Positions 16,796 through 26,335 of a stretch of 52,036 bases of DNA are shown here, one piece after another; within the stretch, counting starts at the first letter, position 1; each line of letters starts with the position of its first letter. This DNA comes from Deltaproteobacteria bacterium (lineage in GTDB: Bacteria > Desulfobacterota > Desulfobacteria > Desulfobacterales > UBA11574). Below the pieces are notes generated by a model that worked only from the letters and a program-made list of their open reading frames with translations, did no database searches and was not told the DNA's origin. A program made the translations under genes and the position numbers. The stretch is taken from assembly GCA_019308685.1 (NCBI GenBank), contig JAFDHQ010000002.1, positions 1 to 52,036 on the forward strand, written 5' to 3'.

Positions 16796-17155
16796 ATGTT
16801 TAATTTGAGTCGAAGGAAAGATAGGCGATTCAAGGTAGATGACCGTGCATTTGTTGTGTTTGGACCTCATCTTCACAAAAGGAAGGCAATTATCGATATA
16901 AGTATGGGTGGGCTGAGTTATGTTGATGGAGAAAATCAGCTGACAAAATCACTTAGATTAAATTTAATAGCCGATAATTCTTTGTATTTTGATGATAAGG
17001 TTTTATTTATGCCCATTTTGCAGGCAGAAACGGTCTATTCCCTTGACGATGCCATAAAAACAAATCGACAAGCCGTACAATTTATAGGACTGACCACAAG
17101 TCAGAGATCTCAATTGAAAAATTTCATCCAGAGCCACGCTACAGATAGTGTTTAA
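16796..17155 (+). CDS. PilZ domain protein
   Basis: RRKDRRF (RxxxR) followed by DISMGGLS (D/NxSxxG). Start is taken at MFNLSRRKDRRF, but the ORF is open from 16760. Confidence 0.6.
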   Translation: MFNLSRRKDRRFKVDDRAFVVFGPHLHKRKAIIDISMGGLSYVDGENQLTKSLRLNLIADNSLYFDDKVLFMPILQAETVYSLDDAIKTNRQAVQFIGLTTSQRSQLKNFIQSHATDSV

Positions 17156-17190
17156 AAGCAGTATGAGCGAAGAAGTGAACTATGTTTGCT

Positions 17191-18492
17191 TCAGTTCATC
17201 AGATGAGGTAGAAACAGAGCGATCTGAGGAAATATGAGAAGAATCAGATTGCAGAGAAGCAAGGCCGCAAGCATGGGTAAAACCCCCCTGAAAATATTTT
17301 CCAGAGGAACATCTTTGGCAACTCCATAGACCACATAAACATTGACCCCTACAGGCGGGGTGATTACCCCCATCTCTGTAACCAATACAATCACCACTCC
17401 AAACCAGATGGGATCAAACCCAAGGGTCTGAACCACCGGGTAAAATATGGGGATGGTCAGCATAATCATGGCCAGAGCGTCCATAAAACATCCACCGAAC
17501 AAATAGACCAAAATGATCACGCCCATAACGGCATGGGGGGGGATGGGAAGAGAACTCACCCATTCGGCCAGTTCATAAGGCACCCGGGTAATGGCCATAA
17601 AATGCCCGAATATTACGGCACCGGTTACGATGACCATTATCATACAGCTTATTTTGGTGGTATCTTCCAGGGATTGAACAAACGCATGCCATGTGAGTTG
17701 CTTTCTGAACACCGCGATCAGAATGGTTAAGAACGCGCCGATAGCCGCTGCTTCGGTGGGTGTAAAAATGCCGAAAAAAATACCTCCCATGACCAGTGAA
17801 AACAGTATCAAAGTTTCAACCACACCGGTAAAGGATCTGAATTTTTCCCTGAAACTGGTCTTGGGGCCGGGAGGAGCGAGTGAGGGATTTTTCATGACCC
17901 TGATGTGAATCGTCATCAAGAAAAGAAAGCAGAGCAGAATACCCGGTAGAATTCCGGCAGCAAAAAGTTTACCGATGGACTGCTCGGTCATAATTCCATA
18001 TACAATGAAAATCACGCTGGGGGGTACGAGAATACCGAGGCTTCCTGCTGCAGCCACGGTACCTGTAGCCAGGCCCATATCATATCCGTACCGTTTCATT
18101 TCAGGAAGCGTAACGGTTGCCATGGTGGCTGCCGTGGCGTTAGTCGAGCCGCATATGGCCGAAAATCCGGCACAAGCACCGACGGTTGTCATGGCAAGAC
18201 CCCCCCGGCGGTGGCCGAATAATACATAGGCAGAATCATAGAGCCTTCGGCTGATACCGGCATGAAAGGCAATCTGCCCCATAAATATAAATAGGGGAAT
18301 AACGGTTAAATTATAGGAAGAAAAAACATCCCAGACATCACGTGCCAAAAGATTAAAGCCTGCGTTTAGGTTCACCACGTAACTGAACCCGATCAATCCT
18401 ATAAAACCCATAGCAAAGCCCACAGGCATTTTAGAATAGAGAAGGAGAACCAGTATGATAATACCTATAATTCCTGTGGTTGTCAGACTCAT
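17191..18492 (-). CDS. dctM: TRAP transporter large permease subunit
   Basis: 433-aa polytopic protein of DctM-type length. 4-nt overlap with the small-subunit gene. Confidence 0.85.
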   Translation of the reverse strand: MSLTTTGIIGIIILVLLLYSKMPVGFAMGFIGLIGFSYVVNLNAGFNLLARDVWDVFSSYNLTVIPLFIFMGQIAFHAGISRRLYDSAYVLFGHRRGGLAMTTVGACAGFSAICGSTNATAATMATVTLPEMKRYGYDMGLATGTVAAAGSLGILVPPSVIFIVYGIMTEQSIGKLFAAGILPGILLCFLFLMTIHIRVMKNPSLAPPGPKTSFREKFRSFTGVVETLILFSLVMGGIFFGIFTPTEAAAIGAFLTILIAVFRKQLTWHAFVQSLEDTTKISCMIMVIVTGAVIFGHFMAITRVPYELAEWVSSLPIPPHAVMGVIILVYLFGGCFMDALAMIMLTIPIFYPVVQTLGFDPIWFGVVIVLVTEMGVITPPVGVNVYVVYGVAKDVPLENIFRGVLPMLAALLLCNLILLIFPQIALFLPHLMN

Positions 18493-18974
18493 TTACCAAA
18501 CATCTTCGACAAATTTTTAAACAGATCTGACAGCAATATGAGGCAAACGATTGCTGCCGAAAAACTAATCCCGTATATAAATGGATAAAAAGGGAGTTCC
18601 AGGGTCAACGAGACCTCGCCGGAAAGACGAAGATCATTCGCATAAATTACGGACTGCCATGAAATTAATGTAAAAAAGAACAGCCCAAAGCATATGGTGA
18701 TGCTTTCAATCAAACCCTGAATTCTTCGCGGGAAAAGGCTGACCACAAAGGTTACCGCCACATGACCTCTTTCCACCGACGTATGGGCCATGGCGAATGC
18801 AACTGCCGCAGCACCTAAAAAACAGACCAACTCGTAGGTGCCGGGGATGGGCTTCCGAAAATAGCGCAGGATCACATCTGCACAGGTAAGAAGCATCATG
18901 ACAACAATGGCAACCCCTGCAACCCAGTATAGTTTCCGTGCCATAACGTGAGATATTTTCTCAAAGGGGTCCAT
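18489..18974 (-). CDS. dctQ: TRAP transporter small permease subunit
   Basis: 161 aa with 4 predicted TM segments, located between dctP and dctM. Confidence 0.8.
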   Translation of the reverse strand: MDPFEKISHVMARKLYWVAGVAIVVMMLLTCADVILRYFRKPIPGTYELVCFLGAAAVAFAMAHTSVERGHVAVTFVVSLFPRRIQGLIESITICFGLFFFTLISWQSVIYANDLRLSGEVSLTLELPFYPFIYGISFSAAIVCLILLSDLFKNLSKMFGK

Positions 18975-19004
18975 TTTTACAATCGGTTATGCGCCATAAA
19001 ATTC

Positions 19005-19045
19005 GGGGTTGCCTTAAAATCTCCTGTTGGATGAAAGGCAACCCC
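19005..19045 (-). terminator. Intercistronic hairpin or attenuator between dctP and dctQ
   Basis: GGGGTTGCC (19005-19013) pairs with GGCAACCCC (19037-19045). On the minus strand it is followed by GAATTTT. Confidence 0.45.
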
Positions 19046-19121
19046 TTTAAATAAAATAATTTTAATATGTTTAATGTAAAAACAAGGCAATAAATTTTAA
19101 AAGTTAAATTAAAACATTAAA

Positions 19122-20120
19122 TTATTGGGACATCAATTCTTTTATTTTTTTAACGTATTTGTCCCCGTTGGGATTATTGGTGATATAATCGTTAATAACC
19201 GGTTCGACAGCCTTGCGCCATCTGGCACTTTCTTTATCAGACAGGGGTATAATCTTATTGCCCAGGCTTTGTGTATATTTTCTGCCTTCTTTATCGGTGC
19301 TGTCCCATACCTTTCCGTGAACATCTACATATTTTTCACTCACCGTTTCAAAGACCTTCTGTATATCAGGCGGAAGGGACTTCCACTTGTCAAGATTCAT
19401 TACAACGAAAAAGGTGGTCGTGTAACCGACGCTGTAACATTCGGTAGTGTATTTAATAACTTCGGCCTGTTTCCACCCTTTCAGAACCTCGATGGGGCCA
19501 AATGTTCCTTCGACAACCCCTTTTTTCAAAGATTCGTAGGTGCTGCCCTGGGGCATTGCCACCGGAACACCGCCGAGAGCTTTAACCACCTTGGCGCTTA
19601 GACCGGTCGCTCTGATTTTCATGCCTTTGAGATCTTCAAGTTTTCTCACCGGTTTTTTTGTGTGAAGAAGGCCCGGTCCATGTGCATGAAGATAAAGGAC
19701 TTTTACATCCTTTAACTCTTCAGGTTTGAAGGTCTTTGCAAATTCTTGAGCGACCTTGCTGGCCACTTTGCCATTCGGATAACCCATGGGGAGATCAACT
19801 GCGGCCATAACCGGAAACCGTCCTCGGGTATAGGCGAACAGACTGAATCCCAAATCTGAAATTCCCTCGACCACGCCACTGTAACATTGGGGAGCTTTTG
19901 TCAAAGTTCCGCCGGGAAAAACGGTGATCTGAACTTTATTGTCGGTGAGCGTTTCAATTTCTTTGGCCCAGTCCATTGCAGCTTTTGTCTGACCGTGGGT
20001 CGGCGGAAAGAAGATGCTGAATGTCAGCTTGATGGGTGCAGATTGGGCTGCCAAGGCACCTGTTGATAATAACGCGACGCACAGGGTTACTTCCAGGAAA
20101 AATTGAAAAAATTTTTTCAT
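19122..20120 (-). CDS. dctP: TRAP transporter substrate-binding protein (DctP family)
   Basis: Signal peptide (LCVALLSTGALAAQSA), 332 aa, upstream of dctQM. RBS GGAGG. Confidence 0.85.
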   Translation of the reverse strand: MKKFFQFFLEVTLCVALLSTGALAAQSAPIKLTFSIFFPPTHGQTKAAMDWAKEIETLTDNKVQITVFPGGTLTKAPQCYSGVVEGISDLGFSLFAYTRGRFPVMAAVDLPMGYPNGKVASKVAQEFAKTFKPEELKDVKVLYLHAHGPGLLHTKKPVRKLEDLKGMKIRATGLSAKVVKALGGVPVAMPQGSTYESLKKGVVEGTFGPIEVLKGWKQAEVIKYTTECYSVGYTTTFFVVMNLDKWKSLPPDIQKVFETVSEKYVDVHGKVWDSTDKEGRKYTQSLGNKIIPLSDKESARWRKAVEPVINDYITNNPNGDKYVKKIKELMSQ

Positions 20121-20405
20121 AAATAAGACCTCCTTCTGAATAAATGTTATACTTGAATTTCAAAACTTTAGATCATTGTCATAGTTATCAACGTCCCGAT
20201 ATAACAAAATCAAAAGGAAGACAATAAAAATATTATTTTATTCATGGTTTTTGCTGAACGTTTATGGACCCATCCGCCAAATCAAATTACGAGTCTTCTT
20301 GACATTGAGATTTTATTAGTCTAAAAGATTTTTGATATAAAATAACGGGATAGTAAATAGTAATTTATAACAAAATCTAAAACTATTTATGAAAGGAGAT
20401 TAAAA

Positions 20406-21314
20406 ATGGCAGCTAAACTAATTAAAGGAACTGAAATCCGGGAACAGATTCTTGAAGAAATAACAGCTGAAGTTGCGGAAATTAAAGAAAAACATGGGGT
20501 TGTTCCGGGCCTTGTAACCATTTTGGTTGGTGAAAATCCTGCTTCAATTTCTTACGTGACGCTCAAAATTAAAACGGCTCACCGGGTCGGATTCAATGAA
20601 ATACAGGATAGCCAGTCCGAAGACCTTTCCGAAGAGGCACTTTTGGGTCTGATTGATAAATACAACAACGATGATGCCATTAATGGCATCCTTGTTCAAT
20701 TACCTCTTCCAAAACATATTGATGACAAAAAAGTATTGAACGCAATTGATCCTGACAAGGATGTGGACGGATTTCATCCGGTTAATGTGGGGCGTCTGAT
20801 GATCGGCGGTGATGAAGTCAAGTTTCCCCCCTGCACCCCGGCAGGTATACAGGAAATGATTGTTCGAGCCGGTGTCGAGACAAGCGGAGCCGAGGTAGTG
20901 GTTGTGGGCCGTTCCAATATCGTCGGTAAACCCATAGCCAATATGATGCTCCAAAAGGGTCCGGGCGCCAATTCAACAGTGACAATTGTGCATACCCGAA
21001 CACAAGATCTGGCCGCGCATTGCAAGCGAGCGGACATCCTGATTGTGGCCGCTGGCGTTCCAGGATTGGTAAAACCCGAGTGGATCAAACCGGGTTCATG
21101 CGTGATTGACGTGGGTGTCAACAGGGTCGGTGAGAAAATCAGTGAAAAAACCGGGAAGAAGATTGCCATTTTAAGCGGAGATGTTGATTTTGATGCGGCC
21201 AAGGAAATTGCAGGCTATATTACACCGGTGCCTGGGGGTGTCGGGCCCATGACCATCACCATGCTTATGAAAAACACACTTAAATCCCTCAAATTTAAAC
21301 TGGGGATTGCCTAA
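20406..21314 (+). CDS. folD: Bifunctional methylenetetrahydrofolate dehydrogenase / methenyl-THF cyclohydrolase
   Basis: LVQLPLPKHID, GFHPVNVGRL, VVVGRSNIVGKP and PGGVGPMT motifs. RBS AAAGGAGA. Confidence 0.93.
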   Translation: MAAKLIKGTEIREQILEEITAEVAEIKEKHGVVPGLVTILVGENPASISYVTLKIKTAHRVGFNEIQDSQSEDLSEEALLGLIDKYNNDDAINGILVQLPLPKHIDDKKVLNAIDPDKDVDGFHPVNVGRLMIGGDEVKFPPCTPAGIQEMIVRAGVETSGAEVVVVGRSNIVGKPIANMMLQKGPGANSTVTIVHTRTQDLAAHCKRADILIVAAGVPGLVKPEWIKPGSCVIDVGVNRVGEKISEKTGKKIAILSGDVDFDAAKEIAGYITPVPGGVGPMTITMLMKNTLKSLKFKLGIA

Positions 21315-21343
21315 TAATATATTGTGCTTAGAAGCAGCCTGAA

Positions 21344-21405
21344 TGACGCCGAAAATCCGGGAAATTAACGCCTGAATTTTTCAGGGCAACGGGTTTTCGG
21401 CGTCA
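21344..21405 (+). terminator. Strong hairpin downstream of folD (possible terminator, lacks a clear U tract)
   Basis: TGACGCCGAAAA (21344-21355) pairs perfectly with TTTTCGGCGTCA (21394-21405). Confidence 0.4.
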
Positions 21406-21420
21406 ATGCTATCCAAAATC

Positions 21421-21580
21421 AAATTGAGCGATTTTTTACTCGATTTACACCGATCTCTTTCGCATCAGGGTCCGCGTCAAATTCTCGACATATCCATCCC
21501 GATGTCTTTTCGGGACGGTTTTCGCGAACCTTTAAACATTACAATCTGAAAACATCTCTGCGTAAAAAATTGCTCAACTT
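21421..21580. ncRNA. Candidate structured ncRNA with 6S-RNA-like topology (closing stem, asymmetric central bubble, inner stem, terminal hairpin)
   Basis: AAATTGAGCGATTTTTTAC (21421-21439) pairs with GTAAAAAATTGCTCAACTT (21562-21580). GGTCCGCG (21469-21476) pairs with CGCGAACC (21523-21530). TCCCG (21497-21501) pairs with CGGGA (21511-21515). Both sides of the roughly 30-nt bubble carry ATCTCT. The strand is ambiguous. Confidence 0.3.
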
Positions 21581-21972
21581 AGGTTATAATTTGTTTCAGA
21601 ATCCCGTTTCTCATTTGGATTCTGATTCTTTACTAAAGTTTTTTCAAAAACTGGCGAAAGATATTGTTAGAAATAGATCGCGAAAACAATAAACAATAAA
21701 AAAGATGTTTTTGCATTGGATCATCGGTGGGCGGGTCAATATCATCAATTACACGTCAATTGTTGAGAACTTACCGAAATTATTGACAAGCCTATGTTAT
21801 TAATGATAAATTATTATGATTAATAACCCAATTTAAATTTGCAAAAACCATTTCTTTAACATAAGTTTAAAAAAAAACAGTAAGATATTACAATTTTTGA
21901 CATTTTGACCGTCACCGATTCTTGGTGGTTAAAATTACTTTTAGCATTCAAAATTTATAAAATGAGCATATA

Positions 21973-22968
21973 GTGAGTCAGAACCGATTAATATTGCTTT
22001 TCGATCGAGTAAAACAGACGCTGTATCAGTGTAAAAAGCTTATTGGGCACAGGGGAATCTCGTTTTTTATTTTAAGTTATACCGGTTCTACAGTGAAGCA
22101 GTTAACCGTTTCCAGACGCCTTTTAGGCATTATCAGCGCCGGTTTTACTATTTTTGTCATATTGTCCGCCTATGTTATTTATGATTATTATACGATCAAG
22201 ACCACATTCAACAAACAGGAATTCGAGAACAAGATTGTCAAACAAAATGATGAGATCGTCACCCAGCGCCGGCAAATTCAAAACTTTGCCGATGAGATCA
22301 ATACGTTAAAGTCAACACTGGTTAAATTAAATAATTTTGAAAAGAAAATACGAATTATTGCCAACATTGAAGAACCTGCCGATCATGACAGCCTTTTTGG
22401 AGTGGGCGGTTCAATTCCTGAAGATCTCGATTCACAAGTTCCCTTAGAAGAAAAGCATTACAGTCTGATGCGCGAAATGCATTCGCAGACCCGGCAGCTA
22501 AACCTAGCATCAATCAATCAACAAAAAGAGCTTGAATCCCTTTATAACTCTCTTGAATACCAAAGAAATCTTTTGTCATCTACCCCCGCGATCCGTCCAA
22601 CAAAAGGGTGGATATCTTCGGGGTTTGGATACCGGAAATCCCCTTTCACAGGTCTTCGAGAATTCCATAAAGGATTGGACATCGCCAATCACAAGGGCAC
22701 ACCGATTATAGCTACCGGAGATGGCATTGTCACATTTGTTGGAGCCAAAGGATTGTTGGGCAAAGTAATTGTCATCGATCACGGCCATGGAATGGTTACC
22801 CGTTACGGGCATTTACAGGAGATATTAGCAAAACGGAAACAAGCGGTAAAAAGAGGTGATACGATTGCCCTTATGGGTAATTCAGGACGCGGAACAGGCC
22901 CCCATCTCCATTATGAGGTTTTATTAAACGGAATTCCGGTTAATCCAAAAAAATACATTCTGAATTAA
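21973..22968 (+). CDS. M23 family (LytM-domain) metallopeptidase with an N-terminal TM anchor and coiled coil
   Basis: HKGLDIA (HxxxD) and GPHLHYEV (HxH). The GTG start comes from the ORF track and the exact start is uncertain. Confidence 0.85.
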   Translation: MSQNRLILLFDRVKQTLYQCKKLIGHRGISFFILSYTGSTVKQLTVSRRLLGIISAGFTIFVILSAYVIYDYYTIKTTFNKQEFENKIVKQNDEIVTQRRQIQNFADEINTLKSTLVKLNNFEKKIRIIANIEEPADHDSLFGVGGSIPEDLDSQVPLEEKHYSLMREMHSQTRQLNLASINQQKELESLYNSLEYQRNLLSSTPAIRPTKGWISSGFGYRKSPFTGLREFHKGLDIANHKGTPIIATGDGIVTFVGAKGLLGKVIVIDHGHGMVTRYGHLQEILAKRKQAVKRGDTIALMGNSGRGTGPHLHYEVLLNGIPVNPKKYILN

Positions 22969-23117
22969 ATGTCTCGTAACTTTTAAAGCCTCAATCGATT
23001 GAGATAAAACTCAAGGTAATCAACCAACATTCTTTACAATCTATCCTTGGATTTTTTTACTTTTCTTCCCTTTCATTTCATTTTATGATTGTTAAATTAA
23101 GATTGCCACAACCGGTT

Positions 23118-23146
23118 TTGCAAAACCGATGGATTAGTGGTATACT
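23118..23146 (+). promoter_or_regulatory. Sigma70-type promoter (TTGCAA-N17-TATACT) for the secA leader. The -35 lies inside the 16-bp perfect palindrome CGGTTTTGCAAAACCG.
   Basis: Read directly: TTGCAA at 23118-23123, TATACT at 23141-23146, palindrome at 23113-23128. Confidence 0.55.
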
Positions 23147-23169
23147 TTGAATCGGAATAATCGCCTACC

Positions 23170-23339
23170 AGTGTCCATCCAGAAATGGCAGATTTTGTTT
23201 TCCGGCAGGGCCCGAGCGAGTTTTCAACCGCCCCGAAAACATCACGGGATCTCCGACAGGCATAGCGTGCTGTTTCGAGGATTGAAAACGAGCGAGAATG
23301 CCGTCGGGGGCCGAAAAATGCTGTTTATGGATGGATACT
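23170..23339 (+). ncRNA. Structured 5' leader RNA of secA (about 170 nt, long closing helix with internal hairpins)
   Basis: The 5' arm 23170-23206 pairs with the 3' arm 23310-23339. At least 3 G-U pairs are possible only on the + strand. Internal stem CCGACAGGCAT / ATGCCGTCGG. The element ends just before the secA RBS AGGAGG. Confidence 0.45.
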
Positions 23340-23365
23340 AACTATTCAGGAGGAATATCGATCAT

Positions 23366-25891
23366 ATGTTCTTAAATTTTTTAACTAGAGTATTTGGCAG
23401 CAAAAATGAACGGGAGTTAAAAAAGATACAACCTGTTGTAGAAAAGATCAATGCCATAGAGCCTCAAATCCAGTCAATGAATGATGAGACGCTGAAAACA
23501 CAGACAGCGTTGTTTAAAGAGCGCTTGAAAAATGGTGAATCGCTTGATGATATTCTTCCGGAGGCTTTTGCAACCGTAAGAGAAGCATCGGTCCGCACCC
23601 TGAAGATGCGGCATTTTGATGTACAGCTCATCGGCGGAATTGTTCTTCACCAGGGGAAAATTGCTGAAATGAAGACCGGTGAAGGTAAGACTCTGGCAGC
23701 CACTCTTCCCGCTTATCTGAACGCACTTACCGGCAGGGGGGTTCATGTTATTACGGTGAACGATTACCTGGCGAGGCGTGATACAGAATGGATGGGTCAT
23801 ATTTATAATTTTCTCGGTCTTTCCGTTGGATGTATACTACACGGTTTAGATGATGAAGAGCGAAAAGCCGCCTACCATTCAGATATTACCTACGGAACGA
23901 ACAATGAGTTCGGTTTTGACTACTTGAGGGACAATATGAAGTTTGACAAGGACTCCATTGTCCAGGGAGAACTCAATTTTGCCATTGTTGATGAGGTGGA
24001 CAGTATATTGATTGACGAGGCCCGAACCCCGTTGATTATTTCCGGTCCGGCTGAAAAATCGACGGAACTATATCATCTGGTCAATGGTGTTATTCCCCGT
24101 CTGGTATCAGAACAAGACTACACCGTGGACGAAAAAGCCCGGTCGGCGGTTATGACCGAAGAAGGGGTCGCAAAAGCGGAAAAAATACTCAAAGTCGATA
24201 ATTTGTATGACCCGAAATATATTGAACTTCTGCATCATATCAACCAGGCACTGAAAGCCTACACTCTCTTCAAACGCGATGTCGACTATATTGTCAAAAA
24301 CGGGGAGGTTATCATTGTAGATGAATTTACAGGCCGCCTCATGCCCGGACGTCGCTACTCTGAAGGATTGCATCAGGCACTTGAAGCCAAAGAAAACGTC
24401 AAGATCGAAAACGAAAACCAGACCCTGGCTACCGTTACCTTTCAGAACTATTTTAGGATGTATAATAAGCTTGCCGGTATGACCGGTACCGCCGATACAG
24501 AGGCTGCTGAATTCAAAAAAATATATAATCTGGACGTGTCGGTTATTCCTACAAATCAACCCATGATCCGGAACGATTTCCCGGATGTAATTTATAAAAC
24601 CCGCCGGGAGAAATTTGATGCGGCCATGGATGAAATCATCGAACTTCATGAAAAAGGGCAACCGGTTCTGGTGGGAACCATTTCAATTGATGTTTCGGAA
24701 AGTTTTTCAAAAAAATTAAAAAAAAGAGGCATTAAACATTCGGTCCTGAATGCAAAAAACCATGAGAAGGAAGCCGAGATCATCGCAATGGCGGGTCAGA
24801 AAGGGGCGGTTACGATTTCAACAAATATGGCCGGCCGTGGAACCGACATTGTATTGGGCCAAGGCGTCACTGATCTTGGAGGGCTTCATATTTTAGGAAC
24901 TGAAAGACATGAAAGTCGGCGAATCGATAATCAGCTCAGGGGACGTTCGGGTAGACAGGGCGATCCCGGTTCATCTCGTTTCTACCTATCCCTGGAAGAT
25001 GACCTACTCCGGATATTCGGCGGGGAACGGATTACCGGAATTATGGAGAAGCTGGGAATGGAAGAGGGTGAGCCCATCGAACACAATCTCATCAGCAGGG
25101 CCATTGAAAATGCTCAGGCAAAGGTTGAGGCACACAATTTTGATATCAGAAAGCAATTATTAGAATATGATGATGTAATGAATCAACAAAGGGAGGTCAT
25201 TTACAAACAGCGCCGGGAAGCTCTGAATGGTAAAAGCTTAAAACCGGCCATTGAGGATATGATTCGCGATCGGTCTAAGGAGATAACCTATAGCTGCATA
25301 AATGAAAGAGCGCTTCCCGAAGAGTGGGACTGGAAAGGGCTGAATGAAGCGGTGTTCAAACAATTTCACTTCCGCTTGGGCAAGTTGGACAATGATACGC
25401 TGGACGGACTCACACCCGATGGACTGGCCGAGTTGATTTCTGACGGTGGTTTAAGTCTTTATAATGAAAAAGAGGCTTCCATAGGCACAGAAGAATTCAG
25501 GAACCTTGAACGAATTATCATGCTCCAGACCGTGGACAATTTGTGGAAAGATCATTTGTTAAGCATGGACCACCTGAAAGAAGGGATCGGTTTGCGAGGA
25601 TATGCTCAGCAGGATCCCCTAATCATATACAAAAAAGAAGGGTTCGAACTGTTTCAGGACATGATTTCCAGGATCAAAGAAGAAACTTTGGGTATTTTGT
25701 TCAGAATCCAGATATCCGAACCCAAAAAAATTTCTGATTTGCAACAGCCCAAGGAACAGAAAATGATATTTTCCAGTGGTGATGAAGCCGAAAAGAAAAA
25801 ACCGGTCAAACGGACCCAAAAAAAGGTGGGTCGGAATGCACCCTGTCCTTGCGGGAGCGGGAAAAAATATAAAAAATGCTGCGGAAGATAG
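23366..25891 (+). CDS. secA: Preprotein translocase ATPase SecA
   Basis: MKTGEGKTL Walker [21 protein letters not shown] and C-terminal zinc motif [14 protein letters not shown]. Confidence 0.97.
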   Translation: MFLNFLTRVFGSKNERELKKIQPVVEKINAIEPQIQSMNDETLKTQTALFKERLKNGESLDDILPEAFATVREASVRTLKMRHFDVQLIGGIVLHQGKIAEMKTGEGKTLAATLPAYLNALTGRGVHVITVNDYLARRDTEWMGHIYNFLGLSVGCILHGLDDEERKAAYHSDITYGTNNEFGFDYLRDNMKFDKDSIVQGELNFAIVDEVDSILIDEARTPLIISGPAEKSTELYHLVNGVIPRLVSEQDYTVDEKARSAVMTEEGVAKAEKILKVDNLYDPKYIELLHHINQALKAYTLFKRDVDYIVKNGEVIIVDEFTGRLMPGRRYSEGLHQALEAKENVKIENENQTLATVTFQNYFRMYNKLAGMTGTADTEAAEFKKIYNLDVSVIPTNQPMIRNDFPDVIYKTRREKFDAAMDEIIELHEKGQPVLVGTISIDVSESFSKKLKKRGIKHSVLNAKNHEKEAEIIAMAGQKGAVTISTNMAGRGTDIVLGQGVTDLGGLHILGTERHESRRIDNQLRGRSGRQGDPGSSRFYLSLEDDLLRIFGGERITGIMEKLGMEEGEPIEHNLISRAIENAQAKVEAHNFDIRKQLLEYDDVMNQQREVIYKQRREALNGKSLKPAIEDMIRDRSKEITYSCINERALPEEWDWKGLNEAVFKQFHFRLGKLDNDTLDGLTPDGLAELISDGGLSLYNEKEASIGTEEFRNLERIIMLQTVDNLWKDHLLSMDHLKEGIGLRGYAQQDPLIIYKKEGFELFQDMISRIKEETLGILFRIQISEPKKISDLQQPKEQKMIFSSGDEAEKKKPVKRTQKKVGRNAPCPCGSGKKYKKCCGR

Positions 25892-25924
25892 TTAAACCAG
25901 GGAAATTTTTTTCGGTTTACCCTC

Positions 25925-25954
25925 TTTACAAGCCCGAGGTAAAATGATTATAAT
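25925..25954 (+). promoter_or_regulatory. Sigma70-type promoter candidate for clpS-clpA (TTTACA-N18-TATAAT)
   Basis: TTTACA at 25925-25930 and TATAAT at 25949-25954. Confidence 0.45.
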
Positions 25955-26017
25955 TTGAAAAACACCATTTTTTGCAAAAGTCTCACTTTGGGCATCTAAA
26001 TTGTGGTAAATAGTGCC

Positions 26018-26332
26018 ATGAGCGAATATAGCCCTGAAACAGAAGAAGAAGTCATTTCAGAAACCAGGGACGAGATTGATGAACCTCCCATGTACAAGGT
26101 ATTGCTTCACAATGATGATTATACCACCATGGAGTTTGTCGTCGAGATCCTGATGCTTGTGTTTAATAAAACACCGGAAGAGGCGGTAGAAATTATGCTG
26201 AATGTCCATCAAAAAGGCATCGGTATTTGCGGTATTTATACCTATGAAGTATCTGAAACAAAAGTGAACACCGTTCACGATTTAGCCCGTCAAAACGGGT
26301 TTCCTCTTAAATGTACCATGGAGGAAGAATAG
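26018..26332 (+). CDS. clpS: ATP-dependent Clp protease adaptor ClpS
   Basis: [23 protein letters not shown] core motif. The ATG at 26018 is preferred to the upstream GTG at 26003. Confidence 0.92.
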   Translation: MSEYSPETEEEVISETRDEIDEPPMYKVLLHNDDYTTMEFVVEILMLVFNKTPEEAVEIMLNVHQKGIGICGIYTYEVSETKVNTVHDLARQNGFPLKCTMEEE

Positions 26333-26335
26333 ACC

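Noticed and set aside
16603-16803. 66-aa ORF upstream of the PilZ gene
   Set aside because: The region is A/T-rich with no RBS, and the ORF overlaps the PilZ ORF's 5' extension. It is probably non-coding promoter region.
23147-23341. 64-aa ORF upstream of secA as a SecM-like leader peptide
   Set aside because: There is no Shine-Dalgarno sequence. The ORF coincides with the long RNA helices, and the composition looks non-coding. It is treated as a structured leader instead.
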